Part shown: positions 37,444-48,348 of the stretch, one piece after another | Position numbering within the stretch: the first letter of the stretch is position 1 | Layout: each line of letters opens with the position of its first letter | Made by a program: the position numbers and the translations under genes | Source of the DNA: an uncultured delta proteobacterium | GTDB lineage: Bacteria; Desulfobacterota; Binatia; HRBIN30; BPIQ01 | Assembly (NCBI GenBank): GCA_963761335.1 | Contig: CAVXGR010000016.1 | Coordinates: 256,001-320,000, forward strand | DNA length: 64,000 nt | Direction: 5' to 3' | The notes under the pieces: model-generated | What the model was told of the DNA's origin: nothing | The model's input: the letters and a program-made list of their open reading frames with translations, nothing else | The model's database searches: none

Positions 37444-40400
37444 ATGACAAGGAGCTGTATTCGGAACCGACGCCCCATTCTCCGGCCGCTGCTACGCCTC
37501 CTGGCTCTGTCGTGGCTGGTCCTGACAGGAGGTGCCCTTGCCCGGGGCGCGGCGCTGCCGCAGCTCCAATCCAAGCTGACGGCCAACGACGCGGTGGCCA
37601 ATGACTACTTCGGCGTCTCCGTATCCCTCAGCGGTGACACCGCGATCATCGGCGCCTCTCAGGATGACGACGGCGCCATCGACGCCGGTTCGGCGTACGT
37701 CTTCGAACGCAGCGGTGCCAATTGGGTACAGCAGACGAAGCTTCACGCGGACGATCCGGTCACATACGACGCCTTCGGTATGACGGTGGCCATCAGCGGC
37801 GATACCGCGGTGGTCGGCGCGACCGGCGTCGACGACGGGGCGTCGAACGCGGGGGCTGCCTACGTCTTCGTGCGCGGCGGCGGCGGCTGGACACAGCAGG
37901 CGAAGCTGCACGCCAGCGACGCTGCCGGGACCGCCCAGCTCGGCTCCTCGGTGGCGATCGACGGCGACACCATTGCCGTCGGCGCCAACTTCGGCAACGG
38001 CTTCAAGGGCGCCGCATACGTGTTCCAACGCAGCGGTACGACCTGGTCGCAGCAGGGCGAGCTCACCGCCGCCGACAGCAGCGTCGGCGACGAGTTCGGT
38101 GCTGCGGTCGCCGTGGACGGGGACACGGTGGTCGTCGGCGCGCCCAGCAACACCGACGACGGCAAGAGCACCTCCGGCTCCGCATATGTATTCGTGCGCA
38201 GCGGTACCACCTGGTCGCTGCAGATGAAGCTGCGTGCCAGCGACGCCGCGGCCCAGGATCTCTTCGGCGGCAGTGTGTCCGTCAGCGGCAACACCGCGGT
38301 GGTCGGCGCCCGCGCCCACGATCTCGGCTTCAGCACCGACGCCGGACAGGCCTACGTCTTCGTGCGCAGCGGCAGCACCTGGTCGGAGCAGGCAAAGCTG
38401 ATGTCGCCCGACTTCTATCCCGGTGACTTCTTCGGCTTCTCTGTGGCCGTCGAGGGGGACGAGGTCGTCGTCGGCGCCCTCGACGACGACGCGCCCAATC
38501 CGGGCGGCGACCCGTTCGCGGATGCGGGCGCTGCATATATCTACCAGCGCAGCGGCTCGAGCTGGACGCATCAAATGAAGCTCTCGGCGGCGTCACCCGT
38601 CGCCGGCGATCAGCTCGGGCGCTCGGTATCGATCAGCAATGGCGCCGTTCTGGCAGGGGCCCGCGACAGCGACGGCGCCGGCTCGAACTCCGGATCGGCG
38701 GACGTCTTCTTCAATGACCTGCCGCCGACACCGACGGTTACCGGCACGCCGCCGACGCATACGCCCACGCGCACGGCTACGGCAACGGTTACCGCGGCGG
38801 TCACCTCGACCTCGACGCCAACCTCGACCCCGACGCGTACACCAACGGCGGTGCCGAGCCTCACGCCGACGGCGACGCCTTCGAGGACGCCGACGGCGAC
38901 GCCCAGCAGGACACCGACAGCGACGCCTTCGAGGACGCCGTCTGCGACACCCAGCAGGACACCGAGCTCCACGTCGACCCCGACCGGTACCCCGACGCAG
39001 ACGCCGAGCTCGACGACTACCCCGAGCCGGACGCCGACGCAGACCCTGACCCCCAGCGCGACCGGAACCGCGACACGAACCCCGAGCCAGACCGCCAGCC
39101 CGACGCGGACGCCCAGTCAGACTGCCAGCCCGACCCAGACCCCGAGCCGGACGCCGACGCAAACGGCGACGAGGACGCCGACGCACACCCCGAGCCGCAC
39201 GCCGACGCACACCCCGAGCCCAACGGCGACGGCGACGCTGACGCCGACGCGAACGGCGACGCCGACAGCAACGCCAACCCTGACGCCGACGAGAACGGCA
39301 ACGCCGACAGCGACACCGAGCGCCACGTCGACAGTCACGCAGACGCCGACCGCCACGGCCAGCCGCACGCCAACGGCGACCGATACGGCCACGGCGACGC
39401 CGACGCGCACGCCCACGGCGACCAGCAGTGCGACGCCGACCGCCAGCCGCACGGCGACCGCGACGGTGACCGGCACGCAATCGCCGGTTCCGACTTCGAT
39501 GCCGACGCACACGCCCTCGGCGACGGCGAGTCCGAGCCACACGCCGGCGCCCACGGCCAGCCCCAGCCGTACGCCGACGCCCACGGCCAGCCCCAGCCGT
39601 ACGCCGACACGCACGCCGACTCTGACCCCGACGCTGAGCTTGACGCCGACGCGAACGGCGACGCCGACAGTGACGCCGACAGTGACGCCGAGCGTTACGC
39701 CGACGGCCACGCGGACGCCGACGGCGACCGATACTGCCACCGCGACGCCGACGCGCACGCCCACGGCAACCAGCAGCGCAACGGCGACCGCCAGCCGCAC
39801 GGCGACCGCGACGGAGGCCGGCACGCAATCGCCGGTTCCGACTTTGACGCCGACGCACACGCCCTCAGCGACGGCGAGTCCGAGCGACACGCTGACGACC
39901 ACGGCGAGCCCGAGCTTGGCGCCGACACACACGCCGACGCCGACGCGGACGCCGACCAGAACGACGACTCCGACAGCGACGGCAAGCGCCACGCCGACGG
40001 TCACACAGACGTCGACGGCGACGATCACCGCCACGCCGACGGCGACCGCTACCGCGACGCCCACACGCACGCCCACGGCGACCAGCAGCGCCACGGGGAC
40101 CAGCAGCCGCACCGCGACCGCTACAGTTACCGGCACGCGGTCGCCGATTCTGACGTCGACGCCGACGCACACGCCAACGCCGAGCCCGAGCCGCACGCTG
40201 ACACACACGCCGCCGCCGACGCCGAGCTCGAGTCCTACGCCGACACCCACGCCGAGCCCGACGACGGCGCCGACGGGAGCCTCAACCCCGATGGCGACTC
40301 CGACTGCCACGGCGGTTGTGACGCCGACGCCGACGGCTACCGCCGGCCGCACGGTGACGCCGACCGAGAGTGCCGCGGCCACGGTCACGCCGACGGCGAC

Positions 40401-40692
40401 TCCGTTCGCGCCGGCCTCACCGACTGCCAGCGCCGCCCCGACCCCGAGTGAGACGCCTTCGCGGATGCCGACGCCGACGCCGACACCGACGGCCACACCG
40501 GCTCAGTATGCGGCCGGCGATGTCAACTGCGACGGAGTCCTATCGGCCGCGGATATGGTCGAGCTGGCGCGCCTGATTCCCTTCGGCGACCCGGGGATGT
40601 GCGGCACCGGCGACGTCAACGGCGACGGCGTCGTCAATGAGGCGGATGCGAGCGCCCTCGAGGAGATAATTTTCAACCCGCCGGACAGGTGA
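37444..40692 (+). CDS. Secreted FG-GAP beta-propeller protein with ~590-aa Thr/Pro/Ser stalk and C-terminal dockerin-like domain
   Basis: Signal peptide, seven FGxSVAxxGDTxVVGA...G.AYVF repeats, TPT-rich region, paired GDVNCDG/GDVNGDG Ca-binding loops. Confidence 0.88.
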   Translation: MTRSCIRNRRPILRPLLRLLALSWLVLTGGALARGAALPQLQSKLTANDAVANDYFGVSVSLSGDTAIIGASQDDDGAIDAGSAYVFERSGANWVQQTKLHADDPVTYDAFGMTVAISGDTAVVGATGVDDGASNAGAAYVFVRGGGGWTQQAKLHASDAAGTAQLGSSVAIDGDTIAVGANFGNGFKGAAYVFQRSGTTWSQQGELTAADSSVGDEFGAAVAVDGDTVVVGAPSNTDDGKSTSGSAYVFVRSGTTWSLQMKLRASDAAAQDLFGGSVSVSGNTAVVGARAHDLGFSTDAGQAYVFVRSGSTWSEQAKLMSPDFYPGDFFGFSVAVEGDEVVVGALDDDAPNPGGDPFADAGAAYIYQRSGSSWTHQMKLSAASPVAGDQLGRSVSISNGAVLAGARDSDGAGSNSGSADVFFNDLPPTPTVTGTPPTHTPTRTATATVTAAVTSTSTPTSTPTRTPTAVPSLTPTATPSRTPTATPSRTPTATPSRTPSATPSRTPSSTSTPTGTPTQTPSSTTTPSRTPTQTLTPSATGTATRTPSQTASPTRTPSQTASPTQTPSRTPTQTATRTPTHTPSRTPTHTPSPTATATLTPTRTATPTATPTLTPTRTATPTATPSATSTVTQTPTATASRTPTATDTATATPTRTPTATSSATPTASRTATATVTGTQSPVPTSMPTHTPSATASPSHTPAPTASPSRTPTPTASPSRTPTRTPTLTPTLSLTPTRTATPTVTPTVTPSVTPTATRTPTATDTATATPTRTPTATSSATATASRTATATEAGTQSPVPTLTPTHTPSATASPSDTLTTTASPSLAPTHTPTPTRTPTRTTTPTATASATPTVTQTSTATITATPTATATATPTRTPTATSSATGTSSRTATATVTGTRSPILTSTPTHTPTPSPSRTLTHTPPPTPSSSPTPTPTPSPTTAPTGASTPMATPTATAVVTPTPTATAGRTVTPTESAAATVTPTATPFAPASPTASAAPTPSETPSRMPTPTPTPTATPAQYAAGDVNCDGVLSAADMVELARLIPFGDPGMCGTGDVNGDGVVNEADASALEEIIFNPPDR

Positions 40693-40725
40693 ACAGCGAA
40701 CGATCGCCGTGCTAGCGTGCAGCGG

Positions 40726-41808
40726 ATGGATCGTTCGACCTCCGAGCCAGTGCGCTACGGGATCATCGGCACCGGAATGATGGGCTGCGAGCACATCCTC
40801 AACCTGTCCCTCATTCCCGAGGCCCGGGTGGTTGCCATCGCTGATCCGCACGAGACCAGCCGCAGCTGGGGGCGCAGCCTCGCCGGCGACGGGGTGGAGG
40901 TCTATGCGGATCACCGCGAGATGCTGCGCCGCGCCCCGATCGATGCGGTGGTGGTGGCCAGCCCGAACCACACGCACTTCGAGGTCCTGGAGGACGTCTT
41001 TCGCACGCGCAAGCACGTTCTCGTCGAGAAGCCGCTGTGCATCGACGTCGAGCACTGCCGCCGCGTCGTCGACGCCGCCGCTCGCCATCCGGGGGTGGTG
41101 TGGGTGGGCATGGAGTACCGCTACATGCAGCCGGTGGCGCGGCTCGTGGAAGAGGTGCGCGGCGGTACCGTCGGGCGCCTGCGCATGGTCGCCATTCGCG
41201 AGCACCGCTATCCGTTCCTACCCAAGGTAGGCGACTGGAACCGCTTCGCCCGCAACACCGGCGGCACGCTGGTGGAGAAGTGCTGTCACTTCTTCGACCT
41301 GATGAACCTGCTCACGGCCAGCCGGCCGCGGCTCGTCTACGGCTCCGGAGGTGTCGACGTCAACCACCTCGACGAGCGTTACGACGGCGAGGTTCCCGAC
41401 ATTCTCGACAACGCTTTCGCGATCGTCGATTTCGACAGCGGGGCGCGCGGCATGCTCGATCTGTGCATGTTCGCGGAGAGCTCGATCCACGAGGTGGAGA
41501 TCGCCGCCACCGGCGATCGCGGCAAGGTCGAGGCATTCGAGCCGGCCCACCGCCTGGTGCTCGGGCTCCGGGGCAGGCCCGATCGGCAGGAAATCGATTT
41601 CGATCTCGACCCGCGCGTGCGTGCCGCCGGCGCGCATCACGGCTCGACGTTTATCGAGCACCTCGACTTTCTCGAGGCGGTTCGCGGCGGCGGCAAGCCG
41701 GCGGTGAGCGCCGAGGACGGCGCTCTGGCGGTCGCCGTCGGCGCGGCGGCAGAGCGCTCGGTGCGCGAGAAGAGGCCGGTGACCCTCGATGAGGTCGGCT
41801 ACCGCTGA
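40726..41808 (+). CDS. Gfo/Idh/MocA family oxidoreductase
   Basis: GIIGTGMMG, SPNHTH, VEKP, LVEKCCHFFDL. Confidence 0.9.
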   Translation: MDRSTSEPVRYGIIGTGMMGCEHILNLSLIPEARVVAIADPHETSRSWGRSLAGDGVEVYADHREMLRRAPIDAVVVASPNHTHFEVLEDVFRTRKHVLVEKPLCIDVEHCRRVVDAAARHPGVVWVGMEYRYMQPVARLVEEVRGGTVGRLRMVAIREHRYPFLPKVGDWNRFARNTGGTLVEKCCHFFDLMNLLTASRPRLVYGSGGVDVNHLDERYDGEVPDILDNAFAIVDFDSGARGMLDLCMFAESSIHEVEIAATGDRGKVEAFEPAHRLVLGLRGRPDRQEIDFDLDPRVRAAGAHHGSTFIEHLDFLEAVRGGGKPAVSAEDGALAVAVGAAAERSVREKRPVTLDEVGYR

Positions 41809-41820
41809 GAGGCGGCGCCC

Positions 41821-43092
41821 TCACTCGTCTTCCAGCTCCTCGGCCTCCTCGGGCCGGTGCACGACTTTTACCTGGGTGACGCGCTGGCCGGAGACGTCGG
41901 CGACGATCAGGTCGTAGCCGGGGATGCGCACCGACTCGCCGCGCCGCGGCCCGCGCCCGAGCTTGTTGAAAAGAAGCCCGGCAAGCGTGTCGCCGCGCTC
42001 GGCGCTCACCTTCCACCCGGTCTGGCGGTTGAAGTCGAGAACCTTGACCCGGCCGACGGCCTGATAGCTGTGGTCGTCGAGCTTGCGGATGGTGAGCAGC
42101 TCCTCGCGGTCGAACTCGTCGCGAATCTCACCCACCAGCTCCTCGAGGATGTCCTCCTGGGTGACCATGCCGAGGGTGACGCCGAACTCGTCCTTGACGA
42201 TCGCCAGGTGGACGAAGGCGCGCTGCATGTCCTCGAGGAGCCGCAGGATCGGCTTGCGCTCGGGCACCTGCAGCACCGGCTTGATGATCCCGTGCAGGTT
42301 GCCCTTCTGATGCCGCACCAGCTGCACCAGATCCTTCAGGTGCACGAGACCGAGAATGCGATCGATGGTGCCCTCGTAGACGGGGACACGGGTGTAATGT
42401 TCCTCGAGAACCTTGTCGAGGAGCTCGGACGGGCTGGTGTCGATTGGAAAGGCGACGATCTCGGTCCGCGGCACCATGATGTCGGACACGGTCGTGTCGA
42501 CGGCACCGGCGGCGGCGCCGATGATCGACAGCGGTGTCCCCTCGCCGTGCTCCTTGCCGACGTCGCGCGCCAGGCGCATGATCTCCTCCGCGCTGCTCAT
42601 CGGGGTTTCCTCGGTCGAGCCTCCCAGGCGATGCACCAGCGGGCTGATGCCCCGGTCGTAGAGCACGTGCAGGGGCCGGAGAATCTGATGGATGAGGTAG
42701 AGAGGCAGCGCCACCAGGTAGGCGATGCGGCGGGGGTGCTGCGCGGCGATCGCCTTCGGCAGCACCTCGCCGAAGAGGAAGACGATGACGGTCATGGCGA
42801 TCGTCGCCACGATCAGACCGCGCTGCTCGCCGAGGTAACGAATCGCCAGGGCCGAGGCAACCGAGGCGCCCATGACGTTGACCAGATTGTTGCCCAGCAG
42901 AATGGTGACCAGCAGCCGCGAGGTCGACCCCAGCAAATCGCGGACGGCGACTGCCGCGGGGCCGCGGGCAGCCTGGATGTCCTCCTCGAGCTCGTGCTCG
43001 CGCACGCGCAACAGGGCCGTCTCGCTGCTCGAGAAGAACGCCGAGAGCAAGAGGCAGGCGAGAAGGACGAGGCAGTACGTCAGTGTCTCCAT
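41821..43092 (-). CDS. Hemolysin/CNNM (CorB/CorC-like) CBS-domain transporter
   Basis: AFFSSSETAL, GEVLPK, IMVPR, YTRVPVY, DEFG..G.VT.EDILEELVGEI. Confidence 0.92.
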   Translation of the reverse strand: METLTYCLVLLACLLLSAFFSSSETALLRVREHELEEDIQAARGPAAVAVRDLLGSTSRLLVTILLGNNLVNVMGASVASALAIRYLGEQRGLIVATIAMTVIVFLFGEVLPKAIAAQHPRRIAYLVALPLYLIHQILRPLHVLYDRGISPLVHRLGGSTEETPMSSAEEIMRLARDVGKEHGEGTPLSIIGAAAGAVDTTVSDIMVPRTEIVAFPIDTSPSELLDKVLEEHYTRVPVYEGTIDRILGLVHLKDLVQLVRHQKGNLHGIIKPVLQVPERKPILRLLEDMQRAFVHLAIVKDEFGVTLGMVTQEDILEELVGEIRDEFDREELLTIRKLDDHSYQAVGRVKVLDFNRQTGWKVSAERGDTLAGLLFNKLGRGPRRGESVRIPGYDLIVADVSGQRVTQVKVVHRPEEAEELEDE

Positions 43093-43412
43093 GGCACTCC
43101 TTGACTCCAAGGAATCCGCTCCGACATCGGCGGAAGGGCTAGGGGGTTGCGGGGTAGGCGAGGTGTCGGGGCCGCTGGGGGTTGGTCCATTCCTCCGCCC
43201 ATCATAGAGCAGATTGCCGCCAGCGCCCATGGCCGCCGTGCGGCCGCCTTCCTTGACTTACCGGGAGGCGCTCCATATGGCTGTTCATCGTGCCGCTCTC
43301 CCGTACCAGACCAGGGGCGAGGAGAGCAACGCCAGGACGACCGGCCGTCCGAGCTCCGCGATCGGCCCACTCGGCGGACGGACACAGGGCAGAGACCGAA
43401 CAGGAGAGCGCC

Positions 43413-44801
43413 ATGAGCCGACCGTTTCCGCCGGATCCGTTCTTGACGGGCAACTACGCCCCTTGGCCCATGGAGGGAGGGATCGACGACGTCGCCGTCG
43501 TCGGCGAGATCCCCGTCGACCTGCACGGTACCCTCTACCGCATCGGACCGAACCCGCAGTACCCGCCGCGGGCGCGCTATCACTGGTTCGACGGCGACGG
43601 CATGGTGCACGCGTTCTCCATTCGCGGCGGCCGGGTGGGCTATCGGAACCGCTGGGTCCGCACCGCGCGTTTCGACCTGGAGCGCCGCAGCGGTGAGGCC
43701 CTGTTCGGCGGCCTGTCGTCGATGACCGCCAGCGACGAGCGCGCCGCGGGCACGTCGCCGAACGCCGCCAACACCAACATCGTCTCCCATGCGGGCCGAC
43801 TCCTGGCGCTGTGGGAGGCGGGGCTGCCGCACCGCCTCGACCCGGAGACGCTGGAGACCGTCGGCGCCTTCGACTTCGGCGGTCGCCTGTACGGGCCGAT
43901 GACGGCGCACCCGAAGATGGATCCACGGAGCGGCGAGATGCTCTTCTTCGGCTACAGCCCGGTGCCGCCGCATCTCCAGTACCACGTCGTCTCAGCGCAG
44001 GGAGAGCTGACGCGCACCGTGGACATCGACGTGCCGGTGCCGACGATGATGCACGACTTCATCGTCACCGACGAGCACGTCATCTTTCTGGTCTGCCCGG
44101 CGACGCTGCGGCCGGAGAACCTGCTCACCGACTCACCGGTGCGCTGGGAGCCCGATCTCGGGACCCGCATCGGTGTGATGCCGCGTTCGGGAGGCAGCGA
44201 CGACGTGCTCTGGCTCGAGACCGAGGCCTGCTACGTGTTTCATCCGATGAACGCCTACAGCGACCGGCAACGGGTCGTCGCCGACGTCGTTCGCTATGCC
44301 CGCGTACCGCTGTTCGACGGCGAGGAGACAGCCGACGGCCTGGAGCACGCGACCCCGGCGCATCTGGTGCGCTGGACGCTCGATCTCGCCGCCGGCACGG
44401 TGAGACAGAGCGAGATCGATGACACCGCTGTCGAGTTCCCCCGCCTCGACGAGCGCTTCGCGGGGCAGGCCTACCGCCACGGCTACGCCGCCGGGCGCCT
44501 CGGGACTCCCGGGGAGGGGGCCTTCAACGCCGTCCTGCACTACGATCTCAACAGTGGCGTTCGCCGCGTCCACGATCTCGGCCGCTCCAGCTTCACCTCG
44601 GAGCCGGTGTTCGTCCCCGGGCATGACCGCACCGCCGAAGGCGACGGCTATCTGCTCGCCGTCGTCTACCGGGAAGAGGAGAACCGCAGCGACCTGATCG
44701 TTCTGGATGCGGGCAACGTCGGCGCTGAGCCGATCGCCATCGCCCGGCTCCCGCACCGCGTGCCCTACGGATTTCACGGCAATTGGGTTCCGGGAGTCTG
44801 A
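43413..44801 (+). CDS. Carotenoid cleavage oxygenase family dioxygenase
   Basis: HWFDGDGM, TAHPK, MMHDF, FHPMNAY, EFPR, EPVFVP, GFHGNW (four Fe-binding His). Confidence 0.93.
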   Translation: MSRPFPPDPFLTGNYAPWPMEGGIDDVAVVGEIPVDLHGTLYRIGPNPQYPPRARYHWFDGDGMVHAFSIRGGRVGYRNRWVRTARFDLERRSGEALFGGLSSMTASDERAAGTSPNAANTNIVSHAGRLLALWEAGLPHRLDPETLETVGAFDFGGRLYGPMTAHPKMDPRSGEMLFFGYSPVPPHLQYHVVSAQGELTRTVDIDVPVPTMMHDFIVTDEHVIFLVCPATLRPENLLTDSPVRWEPDLGTRIGVMPRSGGSDDVLWLETEACYVFHPMNAYSDRQRVVADVVRYARVPLFDGEETADGLEHATPAHLVRWTLDLAAGTVRQSEIDDTAVEFPRLDERFAGQAYRHGYAAGRLGTPGEGAFNAVLHYDLNSGVRRVHDLGRSSFTSEPVFVPGHDRTAEGDGYLLAVVYREEENRSDLIVLDAGNVGAEPIAIARLPHRVPYGFHGNWVPGV

Positions 44802-44833
44802 CCCCGGAGCTGGAGTCGCCGCGGGATGGCAGT

Positions 44834-45238
44834 CTACCTGCCGTGCACCAGCGTCTTGGTCTCCTCGGGGAAGACCACCTCGACCTTGTTCTCGCCCTTG
44901 TCCAGGGTCACGACGCCGAGACCGAACACGGGATGCGAGATCAGTTGGCCCGCCTTGAACTGCTCGGCGATGGAGTAGGGACGGGCGGCGGTGGCGGTGC
45001 GTCCACGCAACAGCGTCTCGTAGTCGGCGGCCGGCTTGGCCGAGGGCTTCTTGCCGGCGCGACTCCGTGCGGTCGCGGTCCCGGGAGGGTTGCGCCGATA
45101 GGCGTGCTGCCCCTTGCAGGTGTTGCAGTGCACCTTGGTCACCTTGTCGCCGACCACCGTCTCGATCGTGTGGACCAGCATCAGCTTGCACTTGGTACAC
45201 CAGCTGTCTATCTCCGCTCCGACTTCGAATTTCGCCAT
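44834..45238 (-). CDS. Hypothetical protein with Zn-ribbon and Tudor/SH3-like C-terminus
   Basis: CTKC...H...CNTC...H, basic linker, FKAGQLISHPVFGLGVV...KVEVVF; RBS upstream of ATG 45238. Confidence 0.8.
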   Translation of the reverse strand: MAKFEVGAEIDSWCTKCKLMLVHTIETVVGDKVTKVHCNTCKGQHAYRRNPPGTATARSRAGKKPSAKPAADYETLLRGRTATAARPYSIAEQFKAGQLISHPVFGLGVVTLDKGENKVEVVFPEETKTLVHGR

Positions 45239-45802
45239 TGATTCTCCCTTGTCGCGAATGAGCAGGTGCAACCGCTGTGAGGCGGGTGTCTCCAGGTGTG
45301 CGGCCCCTCGGCTCGAGCTCTCCAACGAGATCGACCACTTGCTGCGGGCGCCTGGCCCCTCTCGCCGGCGTAGGTTAGCTCTTATGCGTGGCGAGTTCAA
45401 ATTTCAGCGCCTGTACGGCCTCCGGCCGGGGGCCTGCCAGATTTGCTCAGTGAATGTAAAATCGCTGTTTAATTAGCTAGATACGTACTGAGGTGTATGT
45501 ATTGATTTTAAATCTTGAACAGATTCGGGGGCGGCGGTGGCTTGGGATCTCCGCGTCATTCCTTTGACGCGGGGGGTTGGATTTCCCCGGGTGAGGGTGG
45601 TGAACGCCCGGGTTGTTTGTGATACGAGTCCACCTGCAGATCCGCATGGCCGTTTCCAGGCTTGGCCGCGGGAGACCGCGGGGGGACCACCCGTCAGACT
45701 TCGAATTGACGAACGAGGATTGAGCGAACGAGTTTTTCGCCGAGACCCGCCGCGTGCCTGGCCTCCAATATCCGCGGCGGCGGATCTTCCGAGGAGGAAT
45801 TC

Positions 45803-46942
45803 ATGCCAGAATCAGCTGTCGAACCGATTGCCGAGTCGCGACTGCGGCCGGTGAAGCGTGCCGAGGTATCCAGCTCCGTGCCCAACAAGTGGAAAGAGCT
45901 CGCCGCGGTGCTCGAACGGCATCGGGGTAAGCGCCTGCTCGTGCTCCTGACCGGTTACCCGGATCCGGACAACATCGCTTCGGGGCTGGCGTTGTCGCTG
46001 CTCGCGGCCCAGTACCAGATCGAGACCACGCTGCTCTCGTTCTACGAGGTCAGCCATCAGGAGAATCGGGCCCTGGTGAAACGCCTCGAGGTGGACCTGC
46101 ATCTCTACGACGAACGCTTCGATCTCAACCCGTACTCGCTCTATGCCTTCGTCGATACTCAGAAGACGGATACGCCGATTCAGCAGGAGCTGGAGGGCAA
46201 GACGTTTCTCGCCTTCGTCGACCACCACAAGAAGCTCGGCGAGGTGCCGGCGGAGTTCGTCGATGTCCGCGAGGAGGCGGGCTCGACCTCGGGCATCTTC
46301 TCCGACTACCTGCGGCAGGCCTTCCCCGGCGGCCTCAATCCCAACGAGCCGGTCCACGTGCAGCTGGCGACGGCGCTGATGCACGGCATTCGCTCCGACA
46401 CGCGCTCTCTGCTGGAGGCCTCGCGGCTCGACTTCGAGGCCGGCGCCTATCTGTGGAACGTCGTGGATCAGGCGCTGCTGAAGCGCATCTCGGCGCAGTC
46501 GCTGACGCCGGCGGTGATGGACATGATCCAGGCGGCGCTGGAGCGCAAGCGGGTCTACGATACCTTTCTCTTCAGCGACGTGGGCTTCGTGCGCAAGGAG
46601 CACCGCGACGGCATTCCGCAGGCCGCCGACTTCCTGCTGTCACGCGAGGGCATCGACACCGTACTGGTCTTCGGGATCGTCGACGGTCGCACGGTGGACG
46701 GCTCGCTGCGCACGCGCAGCGACACGATCAATCCCGACACTTTCCTGAAGAGGACCTTCGGCATCGACGAGGAGCGCGGCTCGCACTACGGCGGCGGCAA
46801 CATCCGTGACAAGGGCGGCTTCCAGATTCCCATCGGCTTCCTGGCGCAGCACAAGGAGCGCGATCAGCTCTACCGGCTGGCGTGGGAGGTCATCCACGAG
46901 AAGGTGCTCGCCGCCATCGGCCGCATCGAAGGCGGCAGCTGA
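45803..46942 (+). CDS. DHH family phosphoesterase (NrnA/oligonucleotide PDE-like)
   Basis: PDPD, FVDT, VDHH, GIRSDT, SLRT, YGGG motifs; RBS GAGGAGG. Confidence 0.88.
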   Translation: MPESAVEPIAESRLRPVKRAEVSSSVPNKWKELAAVLERHRGKRLLVLLTGYPDPDNIASGLALSLLAAQYQIETTLLSFYEVSHQENRALVKRLEVDLHLYDERFDLNPYSLYAFVDTQKTDTPIQQELEGKTFLAFVDHHKKLGEVPAEFVDVREEAGSTSGIFSDYLRQAFPGGLNPNEPVHVQLATALMHGIRSDTRSLLEASRLDFEAGAYLWNVVDQALLKRISAQSLTPAVMDMIQAALERKRVYDTFLFSDVGFVRKEHRDGIPQAADFLLSREGIDTVLVFGIVDGRTVDGSLRTRSDTINPDTFLKRTFGIDEERGSHYGGGNIRDKGGFQIPIGFLAQHKERDQLYRLAWEVIHEKVLAAIGRIEGGS

Positions 46943-46947
46943 GAGAC

Positions 46948-46980
46948 GCGGTAGAGGAGGCGTATCGCCCCCTCTACCGC
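46948..46980. terminator. Hairpin between the convergent DHH and ilvE genes
   Basis: GCGGTAGAGG...CCTCTACCGC 10-bp stem plus inner pairing. Confidence 0.55.
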
Positions 46981-46981
46981 T

Positions 46982-47851
46982 CTACCACAGCGGCTCGCCC
47001 TCGCGGCGCACCAAGGCGTGAAACGCCTCTGTCAGGCGCCGCGTCGCCGCTCCGGGGGTGCCGTCGCCGATGGCGCGACCGTCCGCCTCGACCACCGGCA
47101 TGAGCTCGGCGCCGGTGCCGGTGACGAAGCACTCCTCGGCGGTGTAGACGTCGAAGCGCGTCAGCCGCGCCTCCGCCGCCTCCATGCCCGCCTCGGCGGC
47201 GAGCTCGAGCACGGCGCCGCGGGTGATGCCCTCGAGGGCGCCGTCCTGCGGTGACGGGGTCGACAGGCGCCCGTGGCGCACCACGAAGAGGTTGTCGGCG
47301 GTGCACTCGGCGATGAAGCCTTCGCGATTGAGCATGATCGCCTCGTGCGCGCCGGCGCGCTGCGCGTCGATCTTGGCGAGGATGTTCTTCAGGTAGTTGA
47401 GCGACTTGACCCGTGGGTCGAACGCCTCGTGAGAGACCTGGCGGGTCGCGGAGGTGATCAGCTTGACGCCGCCGGCGTAGAGCTCGCGCGGATAGACTCT
47501 GACGTCGGTGACGATGATGATGATGCTCGGGTGCGGGCAGGAGAGCGGGTCGATGCCCAGCTCACCGGCGCCGCGCGTGATCACCAGGCGGATGTAGCCG
47601 TCCTCGCGGCGGTTGCGGCGCACGGCCTCGCGCACCAGCTCCACCATCTCCTCGGCTCCCACCGGCACCGATAGGGCCAGGGCGCGCGCCGAGTCGTAGA
47701 GGCGCTCGATGTGCGCCTCGAGGCGGAAGATGCGCCGGTTGTAGATGCGGATGCCCTCGAAGACGCCGTCCCCATAGAGAAGCCCGTGATCGAAGACCGA
47801 GACCACGGCCGTCTCCCGCGAGCGCCATTCGCCGTCGATGTAGATTTCCAT
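46982..47851 (-). CDS. ilvE: Branched-chain amino acid aminotransferase
   Basis: DHGLLYGDGVFEGIR, YIRLVITRG, KSLNY, ECTADN, LEGITR, TGTGAEL. Confidence 0.95.
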   Translation of the reverse strand: MEIYIDGEWRSRETAVVSVFDHGLLYGDGVFEGIRIYNRRIFRLEAHIERLYDSARALALSVPVGAEEMVELVREAVRRNRREDGYIRLVITRGAGELGIDPLSCPHPSIIIIVTDVRVYPRELYAGGVKLITSATRQVSHEAFDPRVKSLNYLKNILAKIDAQRAGAHEAIMLNREGFIAECTADNLFVVRHGRLSTPSPQDGALEGITRGAVLELAAEAGMEAAEARLTRFDVYTAEECFVTGTGAELMPVVEADGRAIGDGTPGAATRRLTEAFHALVRREGEPLW

Positions 47852-47960
47852 TGCTGCCCCCGCGGGCCGATCCGCCCGATGGATCTGCTTGCCGCCAATG
47901 CCGCGCCTTCGTCAAGCACCGGCGCCGCGTCCCATTTCCGCGTTCGTGCGAGACGCCGGC

Positions 47961-48326
47961 TCAGCCCTCGGCAGCCTCGTTGCGCTCGGTGCTGAGGATG
48001 ACCTCGTGGATCTCGAGAACGTTGGGGCCGGCGAACATCTCGGCCGGCGGCCGGTTGCTGTGGGCGATGCGGAAGGAGTCGCTGCGCGTCCAGTCCCAGA
48101 AGGCCTGCTCGCTCTCCCAGTACGTCTGCACCAGGTAATAGCCTTGCTCCTGGGTTTCCTCCCACTGCCCGGTCTGGTGGCTGAAGCGGCGCTGCACCGG
48201 CCGCAGGATCTGGTTCTTGATGAAGCCGGGCGAGCGATCGATCAGGTGGGCGCGCTGGCGGAAGCGGTCCTCGAAGGCCTCCTCCTGCCCCGAGGCCACC
48301 GGGATGCGGTTGGTGACGACGAACAC
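47961..48326 (-). CDS. Antibiotic biosynthesis monooxygenase family protein (IsdG/HmoA-like)
   Basis: VTNRIPV..G.EEAFEDRF, PGF, TYWESEQAF..W..SDSF..AH. Confidence 0.85.
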   Translation of the reverse strand: MFVVTNRIPVASGQEEAFEDRFRQRAHLIDRSPGFIKNQILRPVQRRFSHQTGQWEETQEQGYYLVQTYWESEQAFWDWTRSDSFRIAHSNRPPAEMFAGPNVLEIHEVILSTERNEAAEG

Positions 48327-48348
48327 GAAATCCTCCTCTCGGGAGCCG

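Noticed and set aside
39117..40496. Val/Gly/Ala-rich minus-strand ORF resembling a membrane or elastin-like protein
   Set aside because: It is the antisense mirror of the Thr/Pro stalk codons.
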